From the NCBI GenBank assembly GCA_964057225.1, contig OZ059897.1:17422001-17486000 (forward strand): a stretch of 64,000 bases of DNA. The letters run 5' to 3'. Positions 44,101 to 58,071 of this stretch are shown here, piece after piece. The first letter of the stretch is position 1. Every line of letters begins with the position of its first letter. The notes under the pieces are model-generated. The model saw nothing but the letters and a program-made list of their open reading frames with translations, searched no databases and was not told the origin of the DNA. This stretch comes from Auanema rhodensis. Taxonomy: Eukaryota > Animalia > Nematoda. A program made the position numbers and the translations under genes.

Positions 44101-47100
44101 CATTGCTTCCAAAAACATTTTGACAAAAATTTTTTCGAAAAATTTCAAAATAATTTAGCAAAAAGTAGATGTTTTTAGATTTCATTTTCCAAGGCGAAGA
44201 CGATGGACAATGTTATTCAACGAAAAAATTAATTCTTCAGGGTGAAAATCGAGGATATAAGTGTGAACATATATCAGTTGATATCTCGGTGCATTTTTAA
44301 GCTAGCGCAAATCTGATAACACAGATCGACGCAGCTTAAAAATCCGCATCGAATGCACTATACTACATTGAGAAACGCTTGATACAAAAATTAGTTCTGA
44401 TCGTTTGAAAAATGATGCATTAGTGTATGTTGAGTTTCCATGTACACTCAACATTGCTTCCAAAAACATTTTGACAAAAATTTTTTCGAAAAATTTCAAA
44501 ATAATTTAGCAAAAAGTAGATGTTTTTAGATTCCTTTTTTCAAGGCAAAGACGATGGACAATGTTATTCAACGAAAAAATTTATTCTTCAGGGTGAAAAT
44601 CGAGGATATAAGTGTGAACTTATATCAGTTGATATCTCGGTGCATTTTTAAGCTAGCGCAAATCTGATAACACAGATCGACGCAGCTTAAAAATCCGCAT
44701 CGAATGCACTATACTACATTGAGAAACGCTTAATACAAAAATTAGTTATGATCGTTTGAAAAATGATGCATTAGTGTATGTTGAGTTTCCATGTACACTC
44801 AACATTGCTTCCAAAAACATTTTGACAAAACTTTTTTCGAAAAATTTCAAGATAATTTAGCAAAAAGTAGATGTTTTTAGATTCCTTTTTTCAAGGCAAA
44901 GACGATGGACAATGTTATTCAACAAAAAAAACAATTCTTCAGGGTGAAAATCGAGGATATAAGTGTGAACTTATATCAGTTGATATATCGGTGCATTTTT
45001 AAGCTAGCGCAAATCTGATAACACAGATCGACGCAGCTTACAAATCCGCATCGAATGCACTATACTACATTGAGAAACGCTTAATACAAAAATTAGTTAT
45101 GATCGTTTGAAAAATGATGCATTAGTGTATGTTGAGTTTCCATGTACACTCAACATTGCTTCCAAAAACATTTTGACAAAAATTTTTTCGAAAAATTTCA
45201 AAATAATTTAGCAAAAAGTAGATGTTTTTAGATTCCTTTTTTCAAGGCAAAGACGATGGACAATGTTATTCAACGAAAAAAACAATTCTTCAGGGTGAAA
45301 ATCGAGGATATAAGTGTGAACTTATATCAGTTGATATATCGGTGCATTTTTAAGCTAGCGCAAATCTGATAACACAGATCGACGCAGCTTAAAAATCCGC
45401 ATCGAATGCACTATACTACATTGAGAAACGCTTGATACAAAAATTAGTTCTGATCGTTTGAAAAATGATGCATTAGTGTATGTTGAGTTTCCATGTACAC
45501 TCAACATTGCTTCCAAAAACATTTTGACAAAAATTTTTTCGAAAAATTTCAAGATAATTTAGCAAAAAGTAGATGTTTTTAGATTCCTTTTTTCAAGGCA
45601 AAGACGATGGACAATGTTATTCAACGAAAAAATTAATTCTTCAGGGTGAAAATCGAGGATATAAGTGTGAACTTATATCAGTTGATATCTCGGTGCATTT
45701 TTAAGCTAGCGCAAATCTGATAACACAGATCGACGTAGCTTAAAAATCCGCATCGAATGCACTATACTACATTGAGAAACGCTTAATACAAAAATTAGTT
45801 ATGATCGTTTGAAAAATGATGCATTAGTGTATGTTGAGTTTCCATGTACACTCAACATTGCTTCCAAAAACATTTTGACAAAAATTTTTTCGAAAAATTT
45901 CAAAATAATTTAGCAAAAAGTAGATGTTTTTAGATTCCTTTTTTCAAGGCAAAGACGATGGACAATGTTATTCAACGAAAAAAACAATTCTTCAGGGTGA
46001 AAATCGAGGATATAAGTGTGAACTTATATCAGTTGATATATCGGTGCATTTTTAAGCTAGCGCAAATCTGATAACACAGATCGACGCAGCTTAAAAATCC
46101 GCATCGAATGCACTATACTACATTGAGAAACGCTTGATACAAAAATTAGTTCTGATCGTTTGAAAAATGATGCATTAGTGTATGTTGAGTTTCCATGTAC
46201 ACTCAACATTGCTTCCAAAAACATTTTGACAAAAATTTTTTCGAAAAATTTCAAAATAATTTAGCAAAAAGTAGATGTTTTTAGATTCCTTTTTTCAAGG
46301 CAAAGACGATGGACAATGTTATTCAACGAAAAAATTTATTCTTCAGGGTGAAAATCGAGGATATAAGTGTGAACTTATATCAGTTGATATATCGGTGCAT
46401 TTTTAAGCTAGCGCAAATCTGATAACACAGATCGACGCAGCTTAAAAATCCGCATCGAATGCACTATACTACAATGAGAAACGCTTAATACAAAAATTAG
46501 TTATGATCGTTTGAAAAATGATGCATTAGTGTATGTTGAGTTTCCATGTACACTCAACATTGCTTCCAAAAACATTTTGACAAAACTTTTTTCGAAAAAT
46601 TTCAAGATAATTTAGCAAAAAGTAGATGTTTTTAGATTCCTTTTTTCAAGGCAAAGACGATGGACAATGTTATTCAACGAAAAAAACAATTCTTCAGGGT
46701 GAAAATCGAGGATATAAGTGTGAACTTATATCAGTTGATATCTCGGTGCATTTTTAAGCTAGCGCAAATCTGATAACACAGATCGACGTAGCTTAAAAAT
46801 CCGCATCGAATGCACTATACTACATTGAGAAACGCTTAATACAAAAATTAGTTATGATCGTTTGAAAAATGATGCATTAGTGTATGTTGAGTTTCCATGT
46901 ACACTCAACATTGCTTCCAAAAACATTTTGACAAAAATTTTTTCGAAAAATTTCAAAATAATTTAGCAAAAAGTAGATGTTTTTAGATTCCTTTTTTCAA
47001 GGCAAAGACGATGGACAATGTTATTCAACGAAAAAAACAATTCTTCAGGGTGAAAATCGAGGATATAAGTGTGAACTTATATCAGTTGATATATCGGTGC

Positions 47101-50100
47101 ATTTTTAAGCTAGCGCAAATCTGATAACACAGATCGACGCAGCTTAAAAATCCGCATCGAATGCACTATACTACATTGAGAAACGCTTGATACAAAAATT
47201 AGTTCTGATCGTTTGAAAAATGATGCATTAGTGTATGTTGAGTTTCCATGTACACTCAACATTGCTTCCAAAAACATTTTGACAAAAATTTTTTCGAAAA
47301 ATTTCAAGATAATTTAGCAAAAAGTAGATGTTTTTAGATTCCTTTTTTCAAGGCAAAGACGATGGACAATGTTATTCAACGAAAAAATTAATTCTTCAGG
47401 GTGAAAATCGAGGATATAAGTGTGAACTTATATCAGTTGATATCTCGGTGCATTTTTAAGCTAGCGCAAATCTGATAACACAGATCGACGTAGCTTAAAA
47501 ATCCGCATCGAATGCACTATACTACATTGAGAAACGCTTAATACAAAAATTAGTTATGATCGTTTGAAAAATGATGCATTAGTGTATGTTGAGTTTCCAT
47601 GTACACTCAACATTGCTTCCAAAAACATTTTGACAAAAATTTTTTCGAAAAATTTCAAAATAATTTAGCAAAAAGTAGATGTTTTTAGATTCCTTTTTTC
47701 AAGGCAAAGACGATGGACAATGTTATTCAACGAAAAAAACAATTCTTCAGGGTGAAAATCGAGGATATAAGTGTGAACTTATATCAGTTGATATATCGGT
47801 GCATTTTTAAGCTAGCGCAAATCTGATAACACAGATCGACGCAGCTTAAAAATCCGCATCGAATGCACTATACTACATTGAGAAACGCTTGATACAAAAA
47901 TTAGTTCTGATCGTTTGAAAAATGATGCATTAGTGTATGTTGAGTTTCCATGTACACTCAACATTGCTTCCAAAAACATTTTGACAAAAATTTTTTCGAA
48001 AAATTTCAAAATAATTTAGCAAAAAGTAGATGTTTTTAGATTCCTTTTTTCAAGGCAAAGACGATGGACAATGTTATTCAACGAAAAAATTTATTCTTCA
48101 GGGTGAAAATCGAGGATATAAGTGTGAACTTATATCAGTTGATATATCGGTGCATTTTTAAGCTAGCGCAAATCTGATAACACAGATCGACGCAGCTTAA
48201 AAATCCGCATCGAATGCACTATACTACATTGAGAAACGCTTAATACAAAAATTAGTTATGATCGTTTGAAAAATGATGCATTAGTGTATGTTGAGTTTCC
48301 ATGTACACTCAACATTGCTTCCAAAAACATTTTGACAAAACTTTTTTCGAAAAATTTCAAGATAATTTAGCAAAAAGTAGATGTTTTTAGATTCCTTTTT
48401 TCAAGGCAAAGACGATGGACAATGTTATTCAACGAAAAAATTAATTCTCCAGGGTGAAAATCGAGGATATAAGTGTGAACTTATATCAGTTGATATCTCG
48501 GTGCATTTTTAAGCTAGCGCAAATCTGATAACACAGATCGACGCAGCTTAAAAATCCGCATCGAATGCACTATACTACATTGAGAAACGCTTAATACAAA
48601 AATTAGTTATGATCGTTTGAAAAATGATGCATTAGTGTATGTTGAGTTTCCATGTACACTCAACATTGCTTCCAAAAACATTTTGACAAAAATTTTTTCG
48701 AAAAATTTCAAGATAATTTAGCAAAAAGTAGATGTTTTTAGATTCCTTTTTTCAAGGCAAAGACGATGGACAATGTTATTCAACGAAAAAATTAATTCTT
48801 CAGGGTGAAAATCGAGGATATAAGTGTGAACTTATATCAGTTGATATCTCGGTGCATTTTTAAGCTAGCGCAAATCTGATAACACAGATCGACGCAGCTT
48901 AAAAATCCGCATCGAATGCACTATACTACATTGAGAAACGCTTAATACAAAAATTAGTTATAATCGTTTGAAAAATGATGCATTAGTGTATGTTGAGTTT
49001 CCATGTACACTCAACATTGCTTCCAAAAACATTTTGACAAAAATTTTTTCGAAAAATTTCAAGATAATTTAGCGAAAAGTAGATGTTTTTAGATTCCTTT
49101 TTTCAAGGCAAAGACGATGGACAATGTTATTCAACGAAAAAAGTAATTCTTCAGGGTGAAAATCGAGGATATAAGTGTGAACTTATATCAGTTGATATCT
49201 CGGTGCATTTTTAAGCTAGCGCAAATCTGATAAAACAGATCGACGCAGCTTAAAAATCCGCATCGAATGCACTATACTACATTGAGAAACGCTTAATACA
49301 AAAATTAGTTATGATCGTTTGAAAAATGATGCATTAGTGTATGTTGAGTTTCCATGTACACTCAACATTGCTTCCAAAAACAATTTGACAAAAATTTTTT
49401 CGAAAAATTTCAAAATAATTTAGCAAAAAGTAGATGTTTTTAGATTCCTTTTTTCAAGGCAAAGACGATGGACAATGTTATTCAACGAAAAAATTTATTC
49501 TTCAGGGTGAAAATCGAGGATATAAGTGTGAACTTATATCAGTTGATATCTCGGTGCATTTTTAAGCTAGCGCAAATCTGATAACACAGATCGACGCAGC
49601 TTAAAAATCCGCATCGAATGCACTATACTACATTGAGAAACGCTTAATACAAAAATTAGTTATGATCGTTTGAAAAATGATGCATTAGTGTATGTTGAGT
49701 TTCCATGTACACTCAACATTGCTTCCAAAAACATTTTGACAAAAATTTTTTCGAAAAATTTCAAGATAATTTAGCAAAAAGTAGATGTTTTTAGATTCCT
49801 TTTTTCAAGGCAAAGACGATGGACAATGTTATTCAACGAAAAAATTAATTCTTCAGGGTGAAAATCGAGGATATAAGTGTGAACTTATATCAGTTGATAT
49901 CTCGGTGCATTTTTAAGCTAGCGCAAGTCTGATAACACAGATCGACGCAGCTTAAAAATCCGCATCGAATGCACTATACTACATTGAGAAACGCTTAATA
50001 CAAAAATTAGTTATGATCGTTTGAAAAATGATGCATTAGTGTATGTTGAGTTTCCATGTACACTCAACATTGCTTCCAAAAACATTTTGACAAAAATTTT

Positions 50101-53100
50101 TTCGAAAAATTTCAAGATAATTTAGCAAAAAGTAGATGTTTTTAAATTCCTTTTTTCAAGGCAAAGACGATGGACAATGTTATTCAACGAAAAAATTAAT
50201 TCTTCAGGGTGAAAATCGAGGATATAAGTGTGAACTTATATCAGTTGATATCTCGGTGCATTTTTAAGCTAGCGCAAGTCTGATAACACAGATCGACGCA
50301 GCTTAAAAATCCGCATCGAATGCACTATACTACATTGAGAAACGCTTAATACAAAAATTAGTTATGATCGTTTGAAAAATGATGCATTAGTGTATGTTGA
50401 GTTTCCATGTACACTCAACATTGCTTCCAAAAACATTTTGACAAAACTTTTTTCGAAAAATTTCAAGATAATTTAGCAAAAAGTAGATGTTTTTAGATTC
50501 CTTTTTTCAAGGCAAAGACGATGGACAATGTTATTCAACGAAAAAATTAATTCTTCAGGGTGAAAATCGAGGATATAAGTGTGAACTTATATCAGTTGAT
50601 ATCTCGGTGCATTTTTAAGCTAGCGCAAGTCTGATAACACAGATCGACGCAGCTTAAAAATCCGCATCGAATGCACTATACTACATTGAGAAACGCTTGA
50701 TACAAAAATTAGTTATGATCGTTTGAAAAATGATGCATTAGTGTATGTTGAGTTTCCATGTACACTCAACATTGCTTCCAAAAACATTTTGACAAAACTT
50801 TTTTCGAAAAATTTCAAGATAATTTAGCAAAAAGTAGATGTTTTTAGATTCCTTTTTTCAAGGCAAAGACGATGGACAATGTTATTCAACGAAAAAAACA
50901 ATTCTTCAGGGTGAAAATCGAGGATATAAGTGTGAACTTATATCAGTTGATATATCGGTGCATTTTTAAGCTAGCGCAAATCTGATAACACAGATCGACG
51001 CAGCTTAAAAATCTGCATCGAATGCACTATACTACATTGAGAAACGCTTAATACAAAAATTAGTTATGATCGTTTGAAAAATGATTCATTAGTGTATGTT
51101 GAGTTTCCATGTACACTCAACATTGCTTCCAAAAACATTTTGACAAAAATTTTTTCGAAAAATTTCAAAATAATTTAGCAAAAAGTAGATGTTTTTAGAT
51201 TCCTTTTTTCAAGGCAAAGACGATGGACAATGTTATTCAACGAAAAAATTAATTCTTCAGGGTGAAAATCGAGGATATAAGTGTGAACTTATATCAGTTG
51301 ATATATCGGTGCATTTTTAAGCTAGCGCAAATCTGATAACACAGATCGACGCAGCTTAAAAATCCGCATCGAATGCACTATACTACATTGAGAAACGCCT
51401 AATACAAAAATTAGTTATGATCGTTTGAAAAATTATGCATTAGTGTATGTTGAGTTTCCATGTACACTCAACATTGCTTCCAAAAACATTTTGACAAAAA
51501 TTTTTTCGAAAAATTTCAGAATAATTTAGCAAAAAGTAGATGTTTTTAGATTCCTTTTTTCAAGGCAAAGACGATGGACAATGTTATTCAACGAAAAAAT
51601 TAATTCTTCAGGGTGAAAATCGAGGATATAAGTGTGAACTTATATCAGTTGATATCTCGGTGCATTTTTAAGCTAGCGCAAATCTGATAACACAGATCGA
51701 CGTAGCTTAAAAATCCGCATCGAATGCACTATACTACATTGAGAAACGCTTAATACAAAAATTAGTTATGATCGTTTGAAAAATGATGCATTAGTGTATG
51801 TTGAGTTTCCATGTACACTCAACATTGCTTCCAAAAACATTTTGACAAAAATTTTTTCGAAAAATTTCAAGATAATTTAGCAAAAAGTAGATGTTTTTAG
51901 ATTCCTTTTTTCAAGGCAAAGACGATGGACAATGTTATTCAACGAAAAAATTTATTCTTCAGGGTGAAAATCGAGGATATAAGTGTGAACTTATATCAGT
52001 TGATATCTCGGTGCATTTTTAAGCTAGCGCAAATCTGATAACACAGATCGACGCAGCTTAAAAATCCGCATCGAATGCACTATACTACATTGAGAAACGC
52101 CTAATACAAAAATTAGTTATGATCGTTTGAAAAATGATGCATTAGTGTATGTTGAGTTTCCATGTACACTCAACATTGCTTCCAAAAACATTTTGACAAA
52201 AATTTTTTCGAAAAATTTCAAGATAATTTAGCGAAAAGTAGATGTTTTTAGATTCGTTTTTTCAAGGCAAAGACGATGGACAATGTTATTCAACGAAAAA
52301 ATTAATTCTTCAGGGTGAAAATCGAGGATATAAGTGTGAACTTATATCAGTTGATATCTCGGTGCATTTTTAAGCTAGCGCAAATCTGATAACACAGATC
52401 GACGTAGCTTAAAAATCCGCATCGAATGCACTATACTACATTGAGAAACGCTTAATACAAAAATTAGTTATGATCGTTTGAAAAATGATGCATTAGTGTA
52501 TGTTGAGTTTCCATGTACACTCAACATTGCTTCCAAAAACATTTTGACAAAAATTTTTTCGAAAAATTTCAAGATAATTTAGCAAAAAGTAGATGTTTTT
52601 AGATTCCTTTTTTCAAGGCAAAGACGATGGACAATGTTATTCAACGAAAAAATTTATTCTTCAGGGTGAAAATCGAGGATATAAGTGTGAACTTATATCA
52701 GTTGATATCTCGGTGCATTTTTAAGCTAGCGCAAATCTGATAACACAGATCGACGCAGCTTAAAAATCTGCATCGAATGCACTATACTACATTGAGAAAC
52801 GCTTAATACAAAAATTAGTTATGATCGTTTGAAAAATGATGCATTAGTGTATGTTGAGTTTCCATGTACACTCAACATTGCTTCCAAAAACATTTTGACA
52901 AAAATTTTTTCGAAAAATTTCAAAATAATTTAGCAAAAAGTAGATGTTTTTAGATTCCTTTTTTCAAGGCAAAGACGATGGACAATGTTATTCAACGAAA
53001 AAAACAATTCTTCAGGGTGAAAATCGAGGATATAAGTGTGAACTTATATCAGTTGATATATCGGTGCATTTTTAAGCTAGCGCAAATCTGATAACACAGA

Positions 53101-56100
53101 TCGACGCAGCTTAAAAATCCGCATCGAATGCACTATACTACATTGAGAAACGCTTAATACAAAAATTAGTTATGATCGTTTGAAAAATGATGCATTAGTG
53201 TATGTTGAGTTTCCATGTACACTCAACATTGCTTCCAAAAACATTTTGACAAAAATTTTTTCGAAAAATTTCAAAATAATTTAGCAAAAAGTAGATGTTT
53301 TTAGATTCCTTTTTTCAAGGCAAAGACGATGGACAATGTTATTCAACGAAAAAAACAATTCTTCAGGGTGAAAATCGAGGATATAAGTGTGAACTTATAT
53401 CAGTTGATATATCGGTGCATTTTTAAGCTAGCGCAAATCTGATAACACAGATCGACGCAGCTTAAAAATCCGCATCGAATGCACTATACTACATTGAGAA
53501 ACGCTTAATACAAAAATTAGTTATGATCGTTTGAAAAATGATGCATTAGTGTATGTTGAGTTTCCATGTACACTCAACATTGCTTCCAAAAACATTTTGA
53601 CAAAAATTTTTTCGAAAAATTTCAAAATAATTTAGCAAAAAGTAGATGTTTTTAGATTCCTTTTTTCAAGGCAAAGACGATGGACAATGTTATTCAACGA
53701 AAAAATTTATTCTTCAGGGTGAAAATCGAGGATATAAGTGTGAACTTATATCAGTTGATATATCGGTGCATTTTTAAGCTAGCGCAAATCTGATAACACA
53801 GATCGACGCAGCTTAAAAATCCGCATCGAATGCACTATACTACATTGAGAAACGCTTGATACAAAAATTAGTTCTGATCGTTTGAAAAATGATGCATTAG
53901 TGTATGTTGAGTTTCCATGTACACTCAACATTGCTTCCAAAAACATTTTGACAAAAATTTTTTCGAAAAATTTCAAGATAATTTAGCAAAAAGTAGATGT
54001 TTTTAGATTCCTTTTTTCAAGGCAAAGACGATGGACAATGTTATTCAACGAAAAAATTTATTCTTCAGGGTGAAAATCGAGGATATAAGTGTGAACTTAT
54101 ATCAGTTGATATCTCGGTGCATTTTTAAGCTAGCGCAAATCTGATAACACAGATCGACGCAGCTTAAAAATCCGCATCGAATGCACTATACTACATTGAG
54201 AAACGCTTAATACAAAAATTAGTTATGATCGTTTGAAAAATGATGCATTAGTGTATGTTGAGTTTCCATGTACACTCAACATTGCTTCCAAAAACATTTT
54301 GACAAAAATTTTTTCGAAAAATTTCAAGATAATTTAGCAAAAAGTAGATGTTTTTAGATTCCTTTTTTCCAGGCAAAGACGATGGACAATGTTATTCAAC
54401 GAAAAAAACAATTCTTCAGGGTGAAAATCGAGGATATAAGTGTGAACTTATATCAGTTGATATCTCGGTGCATTTTTAAGCTAGCGCAAATCTGATAACA
54501 CAGATCGACGCAGCTTAAAAATCCGCATCGAATGCACTATACTACATTGAGAAACGCTTAATACAAAAATTAGTTATGATCGTTTGAAAAATGATGCATT
54601 AGTGTATGTTGAGTTTCCATGTACACTCAACATTGCTTCCAAAAACATTTTGACAAAAATTTTTTCGAAAAATTTCAAAATAATTTAGCAAAAAGTAGAT
54701 GTTTTTAGATTCCTTTTTTCAAGGCAAAGACGATGGACAATGTTATTCAACGAAAAAAACAATTCTTCAGGGTGAAAATCGAGGATATAAGTGTGAACTT
54801 ATATCAGTTGATATATCGGTGCATTTTTAAGCTAGCGCAAATCTGATAACACAGATCGACGCAGCTTAAAAATCCGCATCGAATGCACTATACTACATTG
54901 AGAAACGCTTGATACAAAAATTAGTTCTGATCGTTTGAAAAATGATGCATTAGTGTATGTTGAGTTTCCATGTACACTCAACATTGCTTCCAAAAACATT
55001 TTGACAAAACTTTTTTCGAAAAATTTCAAGATAATTTAGCAAAAAGTAGATGTTTTTAGATTCCTTTTTTCAAGGCAAAGACGATGGACAATGTTATTCA
55101 ACGAAAAAAACAATTCTTCAGGGTGAAAATCGAGGATATAAGTGTGAACTTATATCAGTTGATATATCGGTGCATTTTTAAGCTAGCGCAAATCTGATAA
55201 CACAGATCGACGCAGCTTACAAATCCGCATCGAATGCACTATACTACATTGAGAAACGCTTAATACAAAAATTAGTTATGATCGTTTGAAAAATGATGCA
55301 TTAGTGTATGTTGAGTTTCCATGTACACTCAACATTGCTTCCAAAAACATTTTGACAAAAATTTTTTCGAAAAATTTCAAGATAATTTAGCAAAAAGTAG
55401 ATGTTTTTAGATTCCTTTTTTCAAGGCAAAGACGATGGACAATGTTATTCAACGAAAAAATTAATTCTTCAGGGTGAAAATCGAGGATATAAGTGTGAAC
55501 TTATATCAGTTGATATCTCGGTGCATTTTTAAGCTAGCGCAAATCTGATAACACAGATCGACGCAGCTTAAAAATCCGCATCGAATGCACTATACTACAT
55601 TGAGAAACGCTTGATACAAAAATTTGTTCTGATCGTTTGAAAAATGATGCATTAGTGTATGTTGAGTTTCCATGTACACTCAACGTTGCTTCCAAAAACA
55701 TTTTGACAAAAATTTTTTCGAAAAATTTCAAAATAATTTAGCAAAAAGTAGATGTTTTTAGATTCCTTTTTTCAAGGCAAAGACGATGGACAATGTTATT
55801 CAACGAAAAAATTTATTCTTCAGGGTGAAAATCGAGGATATAAGTGTGAACTTATATCAGTTGATATCTCGGTGCATTTTTAAGCTAGCGCAAATCTGAT
55901 AACACAGATCGACGCAGCTTAAAAATCCGCATCGAATGCACTATACTACATTGAGAAACGCTTAATACAAAAATTAGTTATGATCGTTTGAAAAATGATG
56001 CATTAGTGTATGTTGAGTTTCCATGTACACTCAACATTGCTTCCAAAAACATTTTGACAAAACTTTTTTCGAAAAATTTCAAGATAATTTAGCAAAAAGT

Positions 56101-57442
56101 AGATGTTTTTAGATTCCTTTTTTCAAGGCAAAGACGATGGACAATGTTATTCAACGAAAAAAACAATTCTTCAGGGTGAAAATCGAGGATATAAGTGTGA
56201 ACTTATATCAGTTGATATATCGGTGCATTTTTAAGCTAGCGCAAATCTGATAACACAGATCGACGCAGCTTACAAATCCGCATCGAATGCACTATACTAC
56301 ATTGAGAAACGCTTAATACAAAAATTAGTTATGATCGTTTGAAAAATGATGCATTAGTGTATGTTGAGTTTCCATGTACACTCAACATTGCTTCCAAAAA
56401 CATTTTGACAAAAATTTTTTCGAAAAATTTCAAAATAATTTAGCAAAAAGTAGATGTTTTTAGATTCCTTTTTTCAAGGCAAAGACGATGGACAATGTTA
56501 TTCAACGAAAAAAACAATTCTTCAGGGTGAAAATCGAGGATATAAGTGTGAACTTATATCAGTTGATATATCGGTGCATTTTTAAGCTAGCGCAAATCTG
56601 ATAACACAGATCGACGCAGCTTAAAAATCCGCATCGAATGCACTATACTACATTGAGAAACGCTTAATACAAAAATTAGTTATGATCGTTTGAAAAATGA
56701 TGCATTAGTGTATGTTGAGTTTCCATGTACACTCAACATTGCTTCCAAAAACATTTTGACAAAAATTTTTTCGAAAAATTTCAAAATAATTTAGCAAAAA
56801 GTAGATGTTTTTAGATTCCTTTTTTCAAGGCAAAGACGATGGACAATGTTATTCAACGAAAAAATTTATTCTTCAGGGTGAAAATCGAGGATATAAGTGT
56901 GAACTTATATCAGTTGATATATCGGTGCATTTTTAAGCTAGCGCAAATCTGATAACACAGATCGACGCAGCTTAAAAATCCGCATCGAATGCACTATACT
57001 ACATTGAGAAACGCTTAATACAAAAATTAGTTATGATCGTTTGAAAAATGATGCATTAGTGTATGTTGAGTTTCCATGTACACTCAACATTGCTTCCAAA
57101 AACATTTTGACAAAAATTTTTTCGAAAAATTTCAAGATAATTTAGCAAAAAGTAGATGTTTTTAGATTCCTTTTTTCAAGGCAAAGACGATGGACAATGT
57201 TATTCAACGAAAAAAACAATTCTTCAGGGTGAAAATCGAGGATATAAGTGTGAACTTATATCAGTTGATATATCGGTGCATTTTTAAGCTAGCGCAAATC
57301 TGATAACACAGATCGACGCAGCTTACAAATCCGCATCGAATGCACTATACTACATTGAGAAACGCTTAATACAAAAATTAGTTATGATCGTTTGAAAAAT
57401 GATGCATTAGTGTATGTTGAGTTTCCATGTACACTCAACATT
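14167..57442 (+). repeat. Satellite B tandem array, 351-bp monomer, ~123 highly homogeneous copies, with 1053-bp (3-mer) and 1755-bp (5-mer) higher-order repeats in the core
   Basis: The 351-bp period is visible throughout. Spacings of the variant-marking 65-aa ORF are multiples of 351 (351, 702, 1053), apart from one 1-bp deletion near 37092. Confidence 0.99.
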
Positions 57443-57600
57443 AGTAGAGAGCCGTGCAAAATTTACTAACCACGCCCCCAAACAGCTGTCAAAAACATAC
57501 TTTTGGGGGCGTCAGCTGCTAAAAACATACTTTTGGGGTGCGTCAGCTGTCAAAAACATATTTTTGAGCGTCAGCTGTTAAAATCATATTTTGGGATCAT
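57443..57600. repeat. Predicted terminal inverted repeat (outer part) with four 28-31 bp subterminal tandem repeats
   Basis: AGTAGAGAG start; units cagctgtcaaaaacatacttttgggggcgt begin at 57483, 57513, 57544 and 57572. The partner TIR lies outside the window, so the inner boundary is unknown. Confidence 0.8.
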
Positions 57601-57930
57601 GGATTTTCCTTTTTTAAATATAAAAGTCATGATTTAAAGCATGATTTTTTTTTTTTTTAATTTTTTTTTTTTTAAATCAAATTTAAATATGCTTTTTCAA
57701 ATGTATGTATATATTTTCAATTATTTTTAAATATATTAAGTAAAAATAAAAATCTTAATTTTAAATATTTAAATTATATTTAAATTTTATATATATATAA
57801 ATTTTATTTAAACTTTAATTATTTCTTTATTTCTTTATTATATTTATTAATAATGTTTGTTTACTTGATTTGTTTATTTTTTATTGTGTTTGTACTATTT
57901 TATTGTTTTTATTTTAAAGATCAATAAAAT
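57601..57930. other. Extremely AT-rich low-complexity tract with poly-T runs
   Basis: Almost G/C-free sequence with T runs at ~57644-57673; no ORFs. Confidence 0.85.
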
Positions 57931-57977
57931 TTTTGCATGTAGATAATTTTGTTCACCGTACTTGTTATGGGTAATTC

Positions 57978-58071
57978 AATGGAACACATATCGAAAGTTA
58001 ATTCGATAAGAACGATATGAAATACCAAAATTTAATGGAACACATATCGAAGGTTAATTCGATAAGAACGA
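57978..58071. repeat. 38-bp direct repeat x2 (period 56) with internal dyad
   Basis: aatggaacacatatcgaa(a/g)gttaattcgataagaacga at 57978-58015 and 58034-58071; contains tatcgaa-N6-ttcgata. Confidence 0.9.

Noticed and set aside
19733-55731. 32 copies of a 65-aa minus-strand ORF (MKFFEKIFVKM...)
   Set aside because: Arises only where two satellite SNPs remove stop codons; TTG start and no recognisable domain. Useful only as a HOR marker.
1-57442. CRISPR array, rDNA/5S/SL-RNA or tRNA tandem cluster
   Set aside because: No unique spacers, and no recognisable rRNA, spliced-leader or tRNA sequence in either monomer.
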